DNA from: a virus
IMG/VR virus record: IMGVR_UViG_3300017917_001274
Span: 4,128 to 68,127 of that record
Strand: one strand, 5' to 3'
Length of the DNA stretch: 64,000 nucleotides
Of the stretch, positions 10,390 to 19,290 are shown piece after piece. Under the pieces are notes generated by a model. The model was not told the origin of the DNA, did not search any database, and saw only the letters and a list, made by a program, of their open reading frames with translations. The stretch's first letter is position 1; each line of letters begins with the position of its first letter. Made by a program: the position numbers and the translations under genes.

Positions 10390-10740
10390 ATGTATTGGGG
10401 TTATCATTTAATGTTGGATTGCAGTGGCTGTACTGGTATTGACAGCCGAGACAATATCTATAAGTTTATCAAAGATTTAGTTCAGCGCATAGACATGACT
10501 GCTCACGGTGAGCCCGTTATTGAATATCTATTGCCCGGAGATCCCAAGCAGGGCTACAGCCTCATGCAGTTGATAACCACATCTAATATCTGCGGACACT
10601 TTATGGAGCTCGACGGTACTGCTTACTTTGATGTGTTCAGTTGCAAACCTTTTGATCTTGCAGTGGCACAGGATGTTGTTCGTGAATACTTTGCACCTAA
10701 GAAAATGCGAGTAAACTTTATCACCAGACATGCAGATTGA
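10390..10740 (+). CDS. speD: S-adenosylmethionine decarboxylase proenzyme
   Basis: GYHLMLD, ITTSNICGH self-cleavage region, YFDVFSCK. Confidence 0.85.
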   Translation: MYWGYHLMLDCSGCTGIDSRDNIYKFIKDLVQRIDMTAHGEPVIEYLLPGDPKQGYSLMQLITTSNICGHFMELDGTAYFDVFSCKPFDLAVAQDVVREYFAPKKMRVNFITRHAD

Positions 10741-11446
10741 TTTTGTAAAAGTACCTTATACCACAGGTCCTAATATGGTTAAAAATACAGGACCTGTTTT
10801 TATTTCTACGCCTTCGCAGGAAATTCTAAAACAAAAGCATCTGGAGTTAGCTCGCTTTGACACAGATCTATGGGCACAGGATCCTAAGCTGAACAAGGTC
10901 ATAGCTCGAGCTGCCGAACGATGTAATGTGTTCAGCGATGACATCCGTGATCTTGCACTGAGATTAGAAGAAGATGTGGCCATAATGCATCAAGGTAGAT
11001 TGGCTGCTATCTGCTTTTGTTTTCCCAGCGGTTTTATTCCCAGACAACGATTGGGCTTAGAACTATCGGAAATACATCGCCCTGTGGCAGACGGAGAATT
11101 GTTGGTCAGAGCCAGCCCGGGCATTGCTCGAGTAATGACCGAACAGGAAAGTTTTCGCCGTTGGGTCTGGACCGTGACTGCCAATCCCAATCTCAGCAAT
11201 CATCCCAGTGCCCGAGTAGATACGGTAGCAGAGTCTATGGATGACCTGTATTTTCGCTATGAAACACAGACTACTATGAAAGTAGACTCGGAAACCAGCC
11301 TATTCTTTGTTCACGTAAATGTTGTGCCCTTGCGTAGTGTTTGGAACACACGGATCTTAGACAGCATAAATTCCATGTCAGACGCAGTTTTGACCTACAA
11401 AAACCTCCATAATATCAAACGATTACTAAATACTTTTGGGGAGTAG
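10730..11446 (+). CDS. DUF3445 / heme-dependent oxidative N-demethylase alpha-subunit-like protein
   Basis: EEDVAIM...CFCFPSGF...LGLELSEIHRPV...R..W...FRYETQT pattern. Confidence 0.7.
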   Translation: MQIDFVKVPYTTGPNMVKNTGPVFISTPSQEILKQKHLELARFDTDLWAQDPKLNKVIARAAERCNVFSDDIRDLALRLEEDVAIMHQGRLAAICFCFPSGFIPRQRLGLELSEIHRPVADGELLVRASPGIARVMTEQESFRRWVWTVTANPNLSNHPSARVDTVAESMDDLYFRYETQTTMKVDSETSLFFVHVNVVPLRSVWNTRILDSINSMSDAVLTYKNLHNIKRLLNTFGE

Positions 11447-11525
11447 CCATCCTACCAAGGATTTCTAAGTCGTCAATTCGGTAAGCAATTACCCGGTTTA
11501 GAAACGAAGCGGCAAGACCATTTTT
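11434..11525 (+). ncRNA. yybP-ykoY (Mn2+-sensing) riboswitch
   Basis: TGGGGAGTAGCC ... CGTCAAT ... GGCAAGACCA with intact pairing arms, directly upstream of a TerC/Alx gene, which is its canonical context. Confidence 0.85.
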
Positions 11526-11536
11526 AGGAGACTAAG

Positions 11537-12478
11537 ATGGAAATGTTGTTATCGGCGGCTCTACTGCCTTGGATTGCGTTCTTCGTAATCGTCATCGCGC
11601 TCTTGGCATTCGACTTGGGCGTTCTCAATAAGAAAGATCACGAAATCTCTGTCAAAGAGAGTTTATGGCTTTCTGCATTCTACATAGCAGTTGCATTGTT
11701 ATTCGGACTGGGTGTTTGGTGGTATCGTGGTGCAGATGATGCTCTACTTTACTACACAGGCTTTCTCGTAGAGAAAAGTCTAAGTCTTGATAACGTGTTT
11801 GTATTTGCACTAATCTTCTCTTTCTTGGGCATACCAAGGATGTATGAACATCGTGTGTTGGTCTGGGGCATATTAATGGCTTTGGTCTTCCGTGCGATAT
11901 TCATAGGATTCGGTGCGGCTGCTGTTTCAGAATGGCAATGGATATTATGGTTCTTTGGAGCATTTTTAATCTATACTGGATTCAAGATGCTGTTTGCCAA
12001 AGACGATGATGGTCCGGACTTTGAGAATAATGCGGCATATAAGTGGATGCAAAGTAAAATGAATTTGAGCAAAGAATACAGAGGTCACGACTTCTGGTTC
12101 AAGGAGAACGGTGTAAGATACTTTACTCCGTTGTTTGTTGCTCTGGTACTGATTAACTTTGCAGACATCATATTTGCTGTGGATAGCGTACCTGCTATCT
12201 TAGCGATTACACAAGATACATTCATAGTCTATACATCCAACATCTTTGCTATCTTAGGTTTGCGAGCTTTGTATTTTGCTCTCTCAGCTATGATACATAG
12301 ATTCCATTATTTGAAATACGCTCTGGCGCTGATATTAGTTCTTATCGGTGTTAAGATCGTGTTAATGATGATTGGTATTAAACTACCTGCTCTACTAACC
12401 TTGGGTCTAACCTTTGGTTTATTAGCAGGCGGTGTAGGATATAGTCTATACAAAACCAAGGAGGTAGAACATGTATAA
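11537..12478 (+). CDS. alx: TerC/Alx family membrane protein (Mn efflux)
   Basis: EKSLSLDNVFVF, HRVLVWGI, DIIFAVDSVPAI, VYTSNIFAILGLRALYF. Confidence 0.92.
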   Translation: MEMLLSAALLPWIAFFVIVIALLAFDLGVLNKKDHEISVKESLWLSAFYIAVALLFGLGVWWYRGADDALLYYTGFLVEKSLSLDNVFVFALIFSFLGIPRMYEHRVLVWGILMALVFRAIFIGFGAAAVSEWQWILWFFGAFLIYTGFKMLFAKDDDGPDFENNAAYKWMQSKMNLSKEYRGHDFWFKENGVRYFTPLFVALVLINFADIIFAVDSVPAILAITQDTFIVYTSNIFAILGLRALYFALSAMIHRFHYLKYALALILVLIGVKIVLMMIGIKLPALLTLGLTFGLLAGGVGYSLYKTKEVEHV

Positions 12479-12569
12479 GTCGCCATATCATAATATAAAG
12501 AAGTCAGACCTCTGGATAAGAGGGATCTTCGTAGCAGTGGCAGTAGCATTAGTTATTGCATACGAATAA
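12471..12569 (+). CDS. 32-aa single-TM micro-protein (not in ORF track)
   Basis: AAGGAGG RBS inside the alx 3' end; MYKSPYHNIKKSDLWIRGIFVAVAVALVIAYE*. Confidence 0.5.
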   Translation: MYKSPYHNIKKSDLWIRGIFVAVAVALVIAYE

Positions 12570-12593
12570 AAAAGCCCCGAAAGGGGCTTTTTT
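12568..12593. terminator. Bidirectional intrinsic terminator
   Basis: AAAAAGCCCC-GAAA-GGGGCTTTTT. Confidence 0.85.
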
Positions 12594-12634
12594 ACTGGTT
12601 ACGAGTTCCAGCTACACTCTATCAGTGTGTACGA

Positions 12635-13645
12635 TTATTTTGCAATCAGTGTCCACTGATCAGTACGAATTCTATCTGTAACTGCTTTAGGTAACGGAAC
12701 ATAATCTAAATCTAATGCAGCCTTGCCACCCTTGTCCCAAGCAAATGCAAAGAATTTTAAGACTTCCTGTGTGGCTTTTGGATTTTTTGGATCACGATAC
12801 ACTAACACAAAACTTGCACCTGTAATGGGCCACGCATCTGCGCCTCGTTGATTTACAAGACTAATTCCCATTCCTGGAGTTTTGAACCATTCAGCATTGG
12901 CAGCTGCCGCGGCAAATGTTTTGTCATCTGGTTGAACGAATTTGCCATCACGATTCTGTAAACTTGCATGAGGAATATTATTTTTCTTAGCGAAAGCATA
13001 TTCTACATAACCTATAGATCCTTTGACACGATTAACCACAGCACTGACACCTTCATTGCCTTTGCCGCCCACTGCTGTTGCGGGGATCCATTTCACAGCA
13101 GGACCTTTGCCCATACGCTCAGCCCATGATTTAGACACTTCGTTGAGATAGTCAGTGAAGATAAATGTTGTACCAGATCCGTCAGCACGATGTACGATGG
13201 TAATTGCTTGATCTGGTAATTGCTTGCCGGGATTCAATTGAGCGATTTTTGGATCATTCCACTTGTTGATAGTACCAAGGAATATATCTGCTAACACTAT
13301 ACCAGTGAGCTTTAGTTCACCTGGTTTGAATCCATCTAAGTTAATAATAGGAACTACACCACCTAATATAGTAGGAAACTGAATTAACCCGCCTGTGGCT
13401 AAATCTTCTACTTTCAAAGGAGCATCAGTGGCTCCAAAATCTACTGTGCCGGCACGGATCTGTTTTACTCCGCCCGAGCTGCCAATTGATTGATAATTTA
13501 ATTTTACGCCTGTGGCACGTTGATAATCTTCTGCCCATTTAGCATAGATTGGATAAGGGAATGTGGCCCCAGCGCCAGTAATTTCTTTTGCGTGTACTGT
13601 AGCAGCCATAGTGAACGCTGCCAGTAGTGTCAATAATTTTTTCAC
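12635..13645 (-). CDS. pstS: Phosphate ABC transporter substrate-binding protein PstS
   Basis: Signal peptide, ITGAGATFP, YQSIGSSGG, DFGATD, HRADGSGTT. GTG start after AAGGAG. Confidence 0.96.
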   Translation of the reverse strand: MKKLLTLLAAFTMAATVHAKEITGAGATFPYPIYAKWAEDYQRATGVKLNYQSIGSSGGVKQIRAGTVDFGATDAPLKVEDLATGGLIQFPTILGGVVPIINLDGFKPGELKLTGIVLADIFLGTINKWNDPKIAQLNPGKQLPDQAITIVHRADGSGTTFIFTDYLNEVSKSWAERMGKGPAVKWIPATAVGGKGNEGVSAVVNRVKGSIGYVEYAFAKKNNIPHASLQNRDGKFVQPDDKTFAAAAANAEWFKTPGMGISLVNQRGADAWPITGASFVLVYRDPKNPKATQEVLKFFAFAWDKGGKAALDLDYVPLPKAVTDRIRTDQWTLIAK

Positions 13646-13706
13646 TGTAATCTCCTTTGTAGTCGAGTGAATGTGCTCTTGCACAAAACTACTTAACCAC
13701 AAAGAG

Positions 13707-13745
13707 ATTACAAAATGATTACTGTAATATTAAATTTTTATTACA
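13707..13745 (-). promoter_or_regulatory. Pho box array (four half-sites with 11-bp period)
   Basis: Minus strand TGTAAT-N5-TTTAAT-N5-AGTAAT-N5-TGTAAT upstream of pstS, similar to the PhoB TGTCAT repeats. Confidence 0.7.
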
Positions 13746-13756
13746 AAGAAAATGCT

Positions 13757-13849
13757 CACTTAGGATGTCATTCCGGGGCACGACTCCCATAACATCCTGC
13801 CCAGCAGCCGGGCACACACATAGTAACGATAACGTCCTAAGGTAGTGTG
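13757..13849 (-). ncRNA. Candidate structured RNA (unassigned)
   Basis: 13-bp closing helix 13759-71/13829-41, internal GCCCGG-CTG-CTGGGC hairpin and a competing helix. Confidence 0.4.
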
Positions 13850-14959
13850 TTAGTTTTGCTTCTCGATAGTATAATCTGCTTCTGTACTATCGGGATAGCG
13901 TGTGGTTAGTTTGCGAACGATGTCAGCACGGCTTTCACCTTCAATACGTGCTGTGCGACCTGATGAGTTTTGAGTTACCAAATAAGTTCCTGGTCCGTCA
14001 TTGGCATCTTGTTCTGCTTCTGGCTCTTCTTGTTCGCCTGAATTATAACTGATAGGAAATTTGTTCTTTAAATCTGCTACAGCTTTGGCAGCATCATATC
14101 CGCCACTGACGATTTCAGTAGAATTCTTTTTAATCTCTTCACCGTTCTTTTGAATAGCATCTGCGATACGTTTCATCAATCCTGGAAACAGTTCTGCAAA
14201 CTTTTCATCTCTGCGCACAGTTTGATTACCATTGTTGATTTGATTAGTTGGCGCATGTATCTGCCACTTGCCATTGACATCATCGCCATTCTCTTTGTCG
14301 AACACACTGATAATAGGGCCGTCATCGGCATAGCGATTGAACCAAGTTGCTCCTGAACTTGATCCTGTACAGAATGAAGCATTGAATCCGTGAGCATTGT
14401 TAAAGTTATAACAAGCACCGTAATTATAAGGAATAGTTACAAGGAAACGCTCATCGTCAATTAGAGTAGTTTCTTTCTTTTCACGCTTGTGTTTTTCAAT
14501 TACTTCTGCATCTTTGATTTTGTTCAGTTCATCACGATATTGTCTGTCTTGAATGATAGCCTGTATCTGGCGTAGGTTTTTAAACTTGTTAAAGTCTTGA
14601 TGTTTTTCCTGTAGCTTGCCACGGACGCTGAGAGCTTTCCATGCACCTAAAGCATCTCCACCTTCACCGTTGATATCTTCGTAGTCTGCAACACCGTTGA
14701 TGTACATGCGAGTTAACCACTCGTCAAACTTGCCATCTTGTGATATGTCGCCAAAGTCTGTGGTTCTCAAACTATCGTCAAGCAGTTCACTCCATAGCTT
14801 TAGGATATCTTCGTCTGTGGGATTAGGACCCAGTCTTGCCACTTTAGCACGTGGCAGTGTGCCGTCATGCCTCATGGCAATGCCCAGCATCTTCATTGTC
14901 TTAGGATCTTTGATTTTAGCAGCCACGTTGGCTTCTTGGATTATATGTGTGAGTTTCAT
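13850..14959 (-). CDS. Hypothetical late protein, probable internal head protein
   Basis: 369 aa with N-terminus MKLTHIIQE, resembling a T4 capsid-targeting sequence. Confidence 0.55.
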   Translation of the reverse strand: MKLTHIIQEANVAAKIKDPKTMKMLGIAMRHDGTLPRAKVARLGPNPTDEDILKLWSELLDDSLRTTDFGDISQDGKFDEWLTRMYINGVADYEDINGEGGDALGAWKALSVRGKLQEKHQDFNKFKNLRQIQAIIQDRQYRDELNKIKDAEVIEKHKREKKETTLIDDERFLVTIPYNYGACYNFNNAHGFNASFCTGSSSGATWFNRYADDGPIISVFDKENGDDVNGKWQIHAPTNQINNGNQTVRRDEKFAELFPGLMKRIADAIQKNGEEIKKNSTEIVSGGYDAAKAVADLKNKFPISYNSGEQEEPEAEQDANDGPGTYLVTQNSSGRTARIEGESRADIVRKLTTRYPDSTEADYTIEKQN

Positions 14960-15825
14960 CCTGCAATCAAACTCCTCTTAAAGAAATTTAGCACGGTGCC
15001 TAACTTCTTGGTATCGCCTGCGGAAATATCTTGAAGCAACTGCTTGGGACCTTCTGGGAACTGAGCTGACATACCGCCACCGTATCGACTGCGTTCAATG
15101 TTGCCTGTCTGCTCTGGATAGTGATGACTGGCAGCCATTAACACTGCGGAGTTAATTGATCTGTTGATAAATTCTGGAGTGTCTGTACCTCCACCTTCTA
15201 ATGCTTCAAGACCGTTCTGTAGACTTTCGATGTAGTTTAATTTTTTCTTTGCTTTTTCAAAAGCATCGTTCTTGATCTGATTGGCCACATGTCCTTTGAT
15301 GTCAGCTATGGCTGCTGTTATAGCCTTGGTCCACAGAGGCTTAAACTTCTTCATTAGTGTTTCTTGTGTGACTTCGTTGTCGAGACCTTTCTGACGACCT
15401 GCTCGTTCACTTTTCTTAATTCGGACCTTGTCTGTGTTTGAAGCGACAAAAAACTTCTGTAGTTTGCCGATTTCACCTTTGAGAAAATCGATGACATTAC
15501 CACCACGACTATCTGACATTGATCGAGTTTCACCGCCAGAGCTGGCTACTGCTTCGTAGGTATCACCTTTGCTTTTGATAGCACCTGTGCCGTTAGTTCC
15601 TTGGATGATAACCCAAGCACCACGATAATTGCCTTTGAGCTCACTCCAAGAAATTTTTTCTACCTGCTTGTAGCCTAAGTCGTGTGCCAATTGCATGTCT
15701 TTGTGTAGTTTTTGAACCACTTCACGGCCACCCGGTGTGTTGGCAATTAAATTCATAGCTGTGGAAGCTTCGTTGACAAAGCCTTCACAGAGTTCAGCAA
15801 AAGTTTTGCAGGCTTGTAAATTCAT
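14956..15825 (-). CDS. Hypothetical late protein
   Basis: Long ORF in an operon. Start probably MNLQACKTFAELCE. Confidence 0.55.
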   Translation of the reverse strand: MNLQACKTFAELCEGFVNEASTAMNLIANTPGGREVVQKLHKDMQLAHDLGYKQVEKISWSELKGNYRGAWVIIQGTNGTGAIKSKGDTYEAVASSGGETRSMSDSRGGNVIDFLKGEIGKLQKFFVASNTDKVRIKKSERAGRQKGLDNEVTQETLMKKFKPLWTKAITAAIADIKGHVANQIKNDAFEKAKKKLNYIESLQNGLEALEGGGTDTPEFINRSINSAVLMAASHHYPEQTGNIERSRYGGGMSAQFPEGPKQLLQDISAGDTKKLGTVLNFFKRSLIAG

Positions 15826-15826
15826 G

Positions 15827-16261
15827 TTAATTACACCAGCTCTGTTTGGCTTCGCCGTAGTATTCACGAGCAAAGCCATTGGCAATTAAACCTTGACGAA
15901 CGCTCTGTCCGTTGATAATAATGTCGCCTAAAACCCTACCTCCAAACTTATCCCAACCGTACAAAGTGACTTGAAACCTTTGACCTGTTGACACGAGACG
16001 TTTTGTATATTGGCTCGCCATTTCTCCTCTTTGGGCTTCACTTGGACATTGAGCTCTGTGTCCTTTTTCTGGGGTGTCAACACCGTAGATTCTAACGGCA
16101 AGCTCAGGTTTAAGTGGCTGTGGTAAAAAGGGTGCGGCGATAACAATCGTATCGCCGTCGCTCACTCTTAAAATTTGTGCATCATAAGTAACACCTTGTG
16201 GTGTTTTCTGTGCAAATGCTAATGTGGGTATTGCTAATAATATTAATAATAATTTTTTCAT
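15827..16261 (-). CDS. Thermonuclease (SNase-like) with signal peptide
   Basis: RVSDGDTI, VRIYGVDTPE, DKFGGRVLG, GFAREY. Confidence 0.9.
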   Translation of the reverse strand: MKKLLLILLAIPTLAFAQKTPQGVTYDAQILRVSDGDTIVIAAPFLPQPLKPELAVRIYGVDTPEKGHRAQCPSEAQRGEMASQYTKRLVSTGQRFQVTLYGWDKFGGRVLGDIIINGQSVRQGLIANGFAREYYGEAKQSWCN

Positions 16262-16262
16262 T

Positions 16263-16925
16263 TTAATTCCATATCACCATCTTGAACTGTTCTTTAGGTA
16301 TGCCAAAGTAATTGCATTTCCAATCACTCTGTGCAAAGAAATCCAAGTGGTGCCATTTGTCTTTGTATTTAATCAAATCCTTAGCGGCCTGATCCCAATC
16401 TATCTGCAATATTTTGGGTTCGATAAAATCTTTAACTGCGCATATTTCTTCGTAGTCAAAACAATCATATTCCCAATGCAGTATCTCAAAAGCATTGCCC
16501 TCACGATCTACATAATCCATTGAAAAGTCCATGCCCCACTTTGGACGCATAGCGATTATCTTATAGATCAAAGGCAGCTTTTTAGCCCAATGTTCTAACT
16601 GAGCTAACGCTTCGCCTGAGTAGGCCTTGCGTTCAAACAATAGGCTGTGATTTAATACAGGTCCTTCGATCATAGGGTCCTGAACAAACCACTCAGTTTT
16701 AATAGCTGTTCTATGCTGTCTATGATGTCTAATTTCTTGATCATTGCTGTGTGCAAAGTGCTGTTCCAATACAGTAAGGTCGTAGCCATTTTGATCAAAG
16801 AGATCTAAGTCTTCGGCCAACGGTATGAACACTATTTTGTCCATGGGCTTCGACCAATAACCGTTAGGATTAAATTGATTCTTGGTCAGAGAGATCATTT
16901 TACAATAGGACCGCCTGTGATCCAA
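16263..16925 (-). CDS. Hypothetical protein
   Basis: About 210-220-aa ORF in an operon. Confidence 0.55.
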   Translation of the reverse strand: MDHRRSYCKMISLTKNQFNPNGYWSKPMDKIVFIPLAEDLDLFDQNGYDLTVLEQHFAHSNDQEIRHHRQHRTAIKTEWFVQDPMIEGPVLNHSLLFERKAYSGEALAQLEHWAKKLPLIYKIIAMRPKWGMDFSMDYVDREGNAFEILHWEYDCFDYEEICAVKDFIEPKILQIDWDQAAKDLIKYKDKWHHLDFFAQSDWKCNYFGIPKEQFKMVIWN

Positions 16926-17299
16926 AGTTCGCAGCTACGCGAGCCGGCGCATTTGAAATGCAATAGATTACAATAACCAAGGTCAGCGGCTTCACGAGTC
17001 TTTTCTGCTTCATAGGCTTCTGCGCCCATGCCATCGTGAATACACTTATACATTTCATCTGTGATGTTAAAAGCTGCGCAGTTGGCACACTGCATGGTCT
17101 TGGCAGTTTTTTCATCTATGCCCCATTGTTTAGCTGCATCCTTCCAATATGAGCCAGGCTCGTCAGGATTGGCAGGACCGTAGTGATGTTTGTCTATGGC
17201 TGTCTGTCTGTTTTTGACATTGACTTCTAAGTCGTGTGTGGCGATAGGACAGCCTTTATTGGCTGCTTCCACAATGTTAATGTATTTTCTGTATGTCAT
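16895..17299 (-). CDS. Cys-rich hypothetical protein
   Basis: CANCAAF, GYC..LHFKC...RSC pattern (possible metal binding). N-terminus ends INIVE. Confidence 0.55.
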   Translation of the reverse strand: MTYRKYINIVEAANKGCPIATHDLEVNVKNRQTAIDKHHYGPANPDEPGSYWKDAAKQWGIDEKTAKTMQCANCAAFNITDEMYKCIHDGMGAEAYEAEKTREAADLGYCNLLHFKCAGSRSCELWITGGPIVK

Positions 17300-18108
17300 A
17301 GATATGTATTACTGATCAAGTAACCCTCAATCTGTCCACCGACAGCACTGTTGTTCTGTACACTTGCCTGCCACTGTATATCAGTCTTTTCAGGATAAGG
17401 GCGAGGAACCACTTTGGTTGATGAATAGTTATCTAAAATAGGGAAGGTTAACACAATGTTAATCAATCCGTCTGAGCTCTGTGTCCACGAACGATAGGCT
17501 GCAGGTTGAGTAGAGTTCACATACCAGTTGCTCTGTGTTAGATAAAATGTATAACCGGCTGGTACAGTATAGACTGTCATCTGGCTGCGGCCCGCACTAT
17601 TGTTTGCTGTAGTTCCAATGTAGGCCAACGTAATAGTTTTATCACTGCTGCCTGCGTGTATCAGTCCCACATTGTTAGGGGCACGAGTAAGGCTAATAGA
17701 GTTTATTCTCAAAAACTGTTTAGTAGTTAGAACACCAGTAGTTCCGTTAGTCAGCACTACCGTTTCAGTTTGCTGAACATAGTTGGCATCTAAGCCGTTT
17801 ATTAAAACACTAACATTAGTGTCTGACGCTGACGCACTCCAAACACGAACCACCTGTGCTGAAGGAAAATACACATAGGCACCATCTTCCCATGCCGGTA
17901 AGAATCCTGTACCTGTCGATAGTCTATAACCTGAAATACTTAGACCTGTTACACCCGGAACGCGACCTTGTGCCACTGCAAGATTAAATTCTTGTGTTCT
18001 TAAAGATGGTTCACCACCTGCATTGTACTCCATAGCCAAATGTAAATCGGCGAGATTAGGTTCCCAAGGATGAACATAGTTAGTGCTGTTAGGATTTAGG
18101 ATTGGCAA
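17296..18108 (-). CDS. Probable virion structural protein (beta-rich)
   Basis: T/S/G/V-rich 270-aa ORF in a late operon. Confidence 0.5.
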   Translation of the reverse strand: MPILNPNSTNYVHPWEPNLADLHLAMEYNAGGEPSLRTQEFNLAVAQGRVPGVTGLSISGYRLSTGTGFLPAWEDGAYVYFPSAQVVRVWSASASDTNVSVLINGLDANYVQQTETVVLTNGTTGVLTTKQFLRINSISLTRAPNNVGLIHAGSSDKTITLAYIGTTANNSAGRSQMTVYTVPAGYTFYLTQSNWYVNSTQPAAYRSWTQSSDGLINIVLTFPILDNYSSTKVVPRPYPEKTDIQWQASVQNNSAVGGQIEGYLISNTYL

Positions 18109-18111
18109 AAC

Positions 18112-18534
18112 TTAGCTCCAAGGCCTACCGTCTACAAGGCCGCCTACATTAGGATTATCAGTTACTGAATTACCTGTATACTTTGTAGGTAAATCTGTAA
18201 GTGTATATGTATCTCTTGCATTGCCGTCTGCTGTACGAGCAGCTTTGGCAATTTCTAATTTCTGTATCTGTCGATCTTCTTTTGTGCCTACTTGATTAGG
18301 GGTACATAATATTGTATCTCCGTCTACTATTCCTATACCTGTAAGTGTACTTGAACTGTCCCCATAGGTAGTATCATTAATTGTGGGATTGTTTAGTACA
18401 CTGACTTTATAATAATCAACAGGCAATCCTTCATCTGCGGCAATAGCAGCGATCAGTTGATCGATAGTAATAGTCAGTGCAACTGTTACTGAATCTTTGA
18501 CTCCGCCGAGTCCCCAATAGTTTATTGTGGCCAT
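18112..18534 (-). CDS. Protein with N-terminal ubiquitin-like (beta-grasp) domain
   Basis: TIDQLIAAIAADEGLPVD and STLTGIGIVDGDTIL align by eye with ubiquitin TIENVKAKIQDKEGIPPD and RTLSDYNIQKESTLH. Confidence 0.45.
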   Translation of the reverse strand: MATINYWGLGGVKDSVTVALTITIDQLIAAIAADEGLPVDYYKVSVLNNPTINDTTYGDSSSTLTGIGIVDGDTILCTPNQVGTKEDRQIQKLEIAKAARTADGNARDTYTLTDLPTKYTGNSVTDNPNVGGLVDGRPWS

Positions 18535-18818
18535 TAGTTATCTCCATAGATTCTGGTAGTGGTTCCACGGATGTCTGCAGGATCTTTTGTGCCCTGCCAT
18601 TGATCTGAGCCTGCATCCACAGTCACAGCGTTGACATCTGCATATTGTTCGTTTGGAGTAGTACTATATTGTTTGTCTGTGGTCAAGCCTGCAATTTGTT
18701 TGAATCGTTTGATGTCGCGCTCATCATAGCCCATCTTTTCAACAGGCTGTTCTGGCTGTTCATTTTCAATGCTGTCGATAGCATCCAACACCTGTCTAAT
18801 AATTTCTGCTACTCTCAT
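18534..18818 (-). CDS. Hypothetical late protein
   Basis: Start probably MRVAEIIRQ, coupled to the dps stop. Confidence 0.55.
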   Translation of the reverse strand: MRVAEIIRQVLDAIDSIENEQPEQPVEKMGYDERDIKRFKQIAGLTTDKQYSTTPNEQYADVNAVTVDAGSDQWQGTKDPADIRGTTTRIYGDN

Positions 18819-19249
18819 TTTAAAGTTGACCTTAACATCCAAGAATGTTTTCTATGTGCATCTTGACGTCCTGCTAAGAAATCTGATAGACCATGCTCAC
18901 CTGCTGCTTCTGAAGCATCGAAAGCTGTTTTTAAGATTATGGCCATTTTATCGGAATCTTCTAAGAGATTCTTAACCATTTCTTCTGGAGATGGTACACC
19001 GTTCTCGTCGTCTATCCTGCTCAGCATATTGAATCTGTCAAAGCTACCTGGAGTGTAGGCGTCTAATTTACGAATGTTTTCTGCAAAGTCATCAATGCTA
19101 CCGTACACCTCTTCATAGATATTACCAAATAATTCGTGAAACTGCTGAAACAAAGGTCCTTCCACATTCCAATGATAGTTATGTGCTTTGAGATAAAAAC
19201 TATATTCGCTGGCAAAAGCGATACGCATCAGTTTAACTAATCTTTCCAT
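18815..19249 (-). CDS. dps: Dps family DNA-protecting ferritin-like protein
   Basis: [41 protein letters not shown]. Confidence 0.93.
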   Translation of the reverse strand: MERLVKLMRIAFASEYSFYLKAHNYHWNVEGPLFQQFHELFGNIYEEVYGSIDDFAENIRKLDAYTPGSFDRFNMLSRIDDENGVPSPEEMVKNLLEDSDKMAIILKTAFDASEAAGEHGLSDFLAGRQDAHRKHSWMLRSTLK

Positions 19250-19290
19250 TCCAAATCTCCGATCATATATTTATCGTGTTAAATATTATT

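Noticed and set aside
12595-12632. Hammerhead ribozyme (CTGATAGAG...GGAAC on the minus strand)
   Set aside because: The core is not CUGANGA...GAAA with three flanking stems. Kept only as an unassigned hairpin pair.
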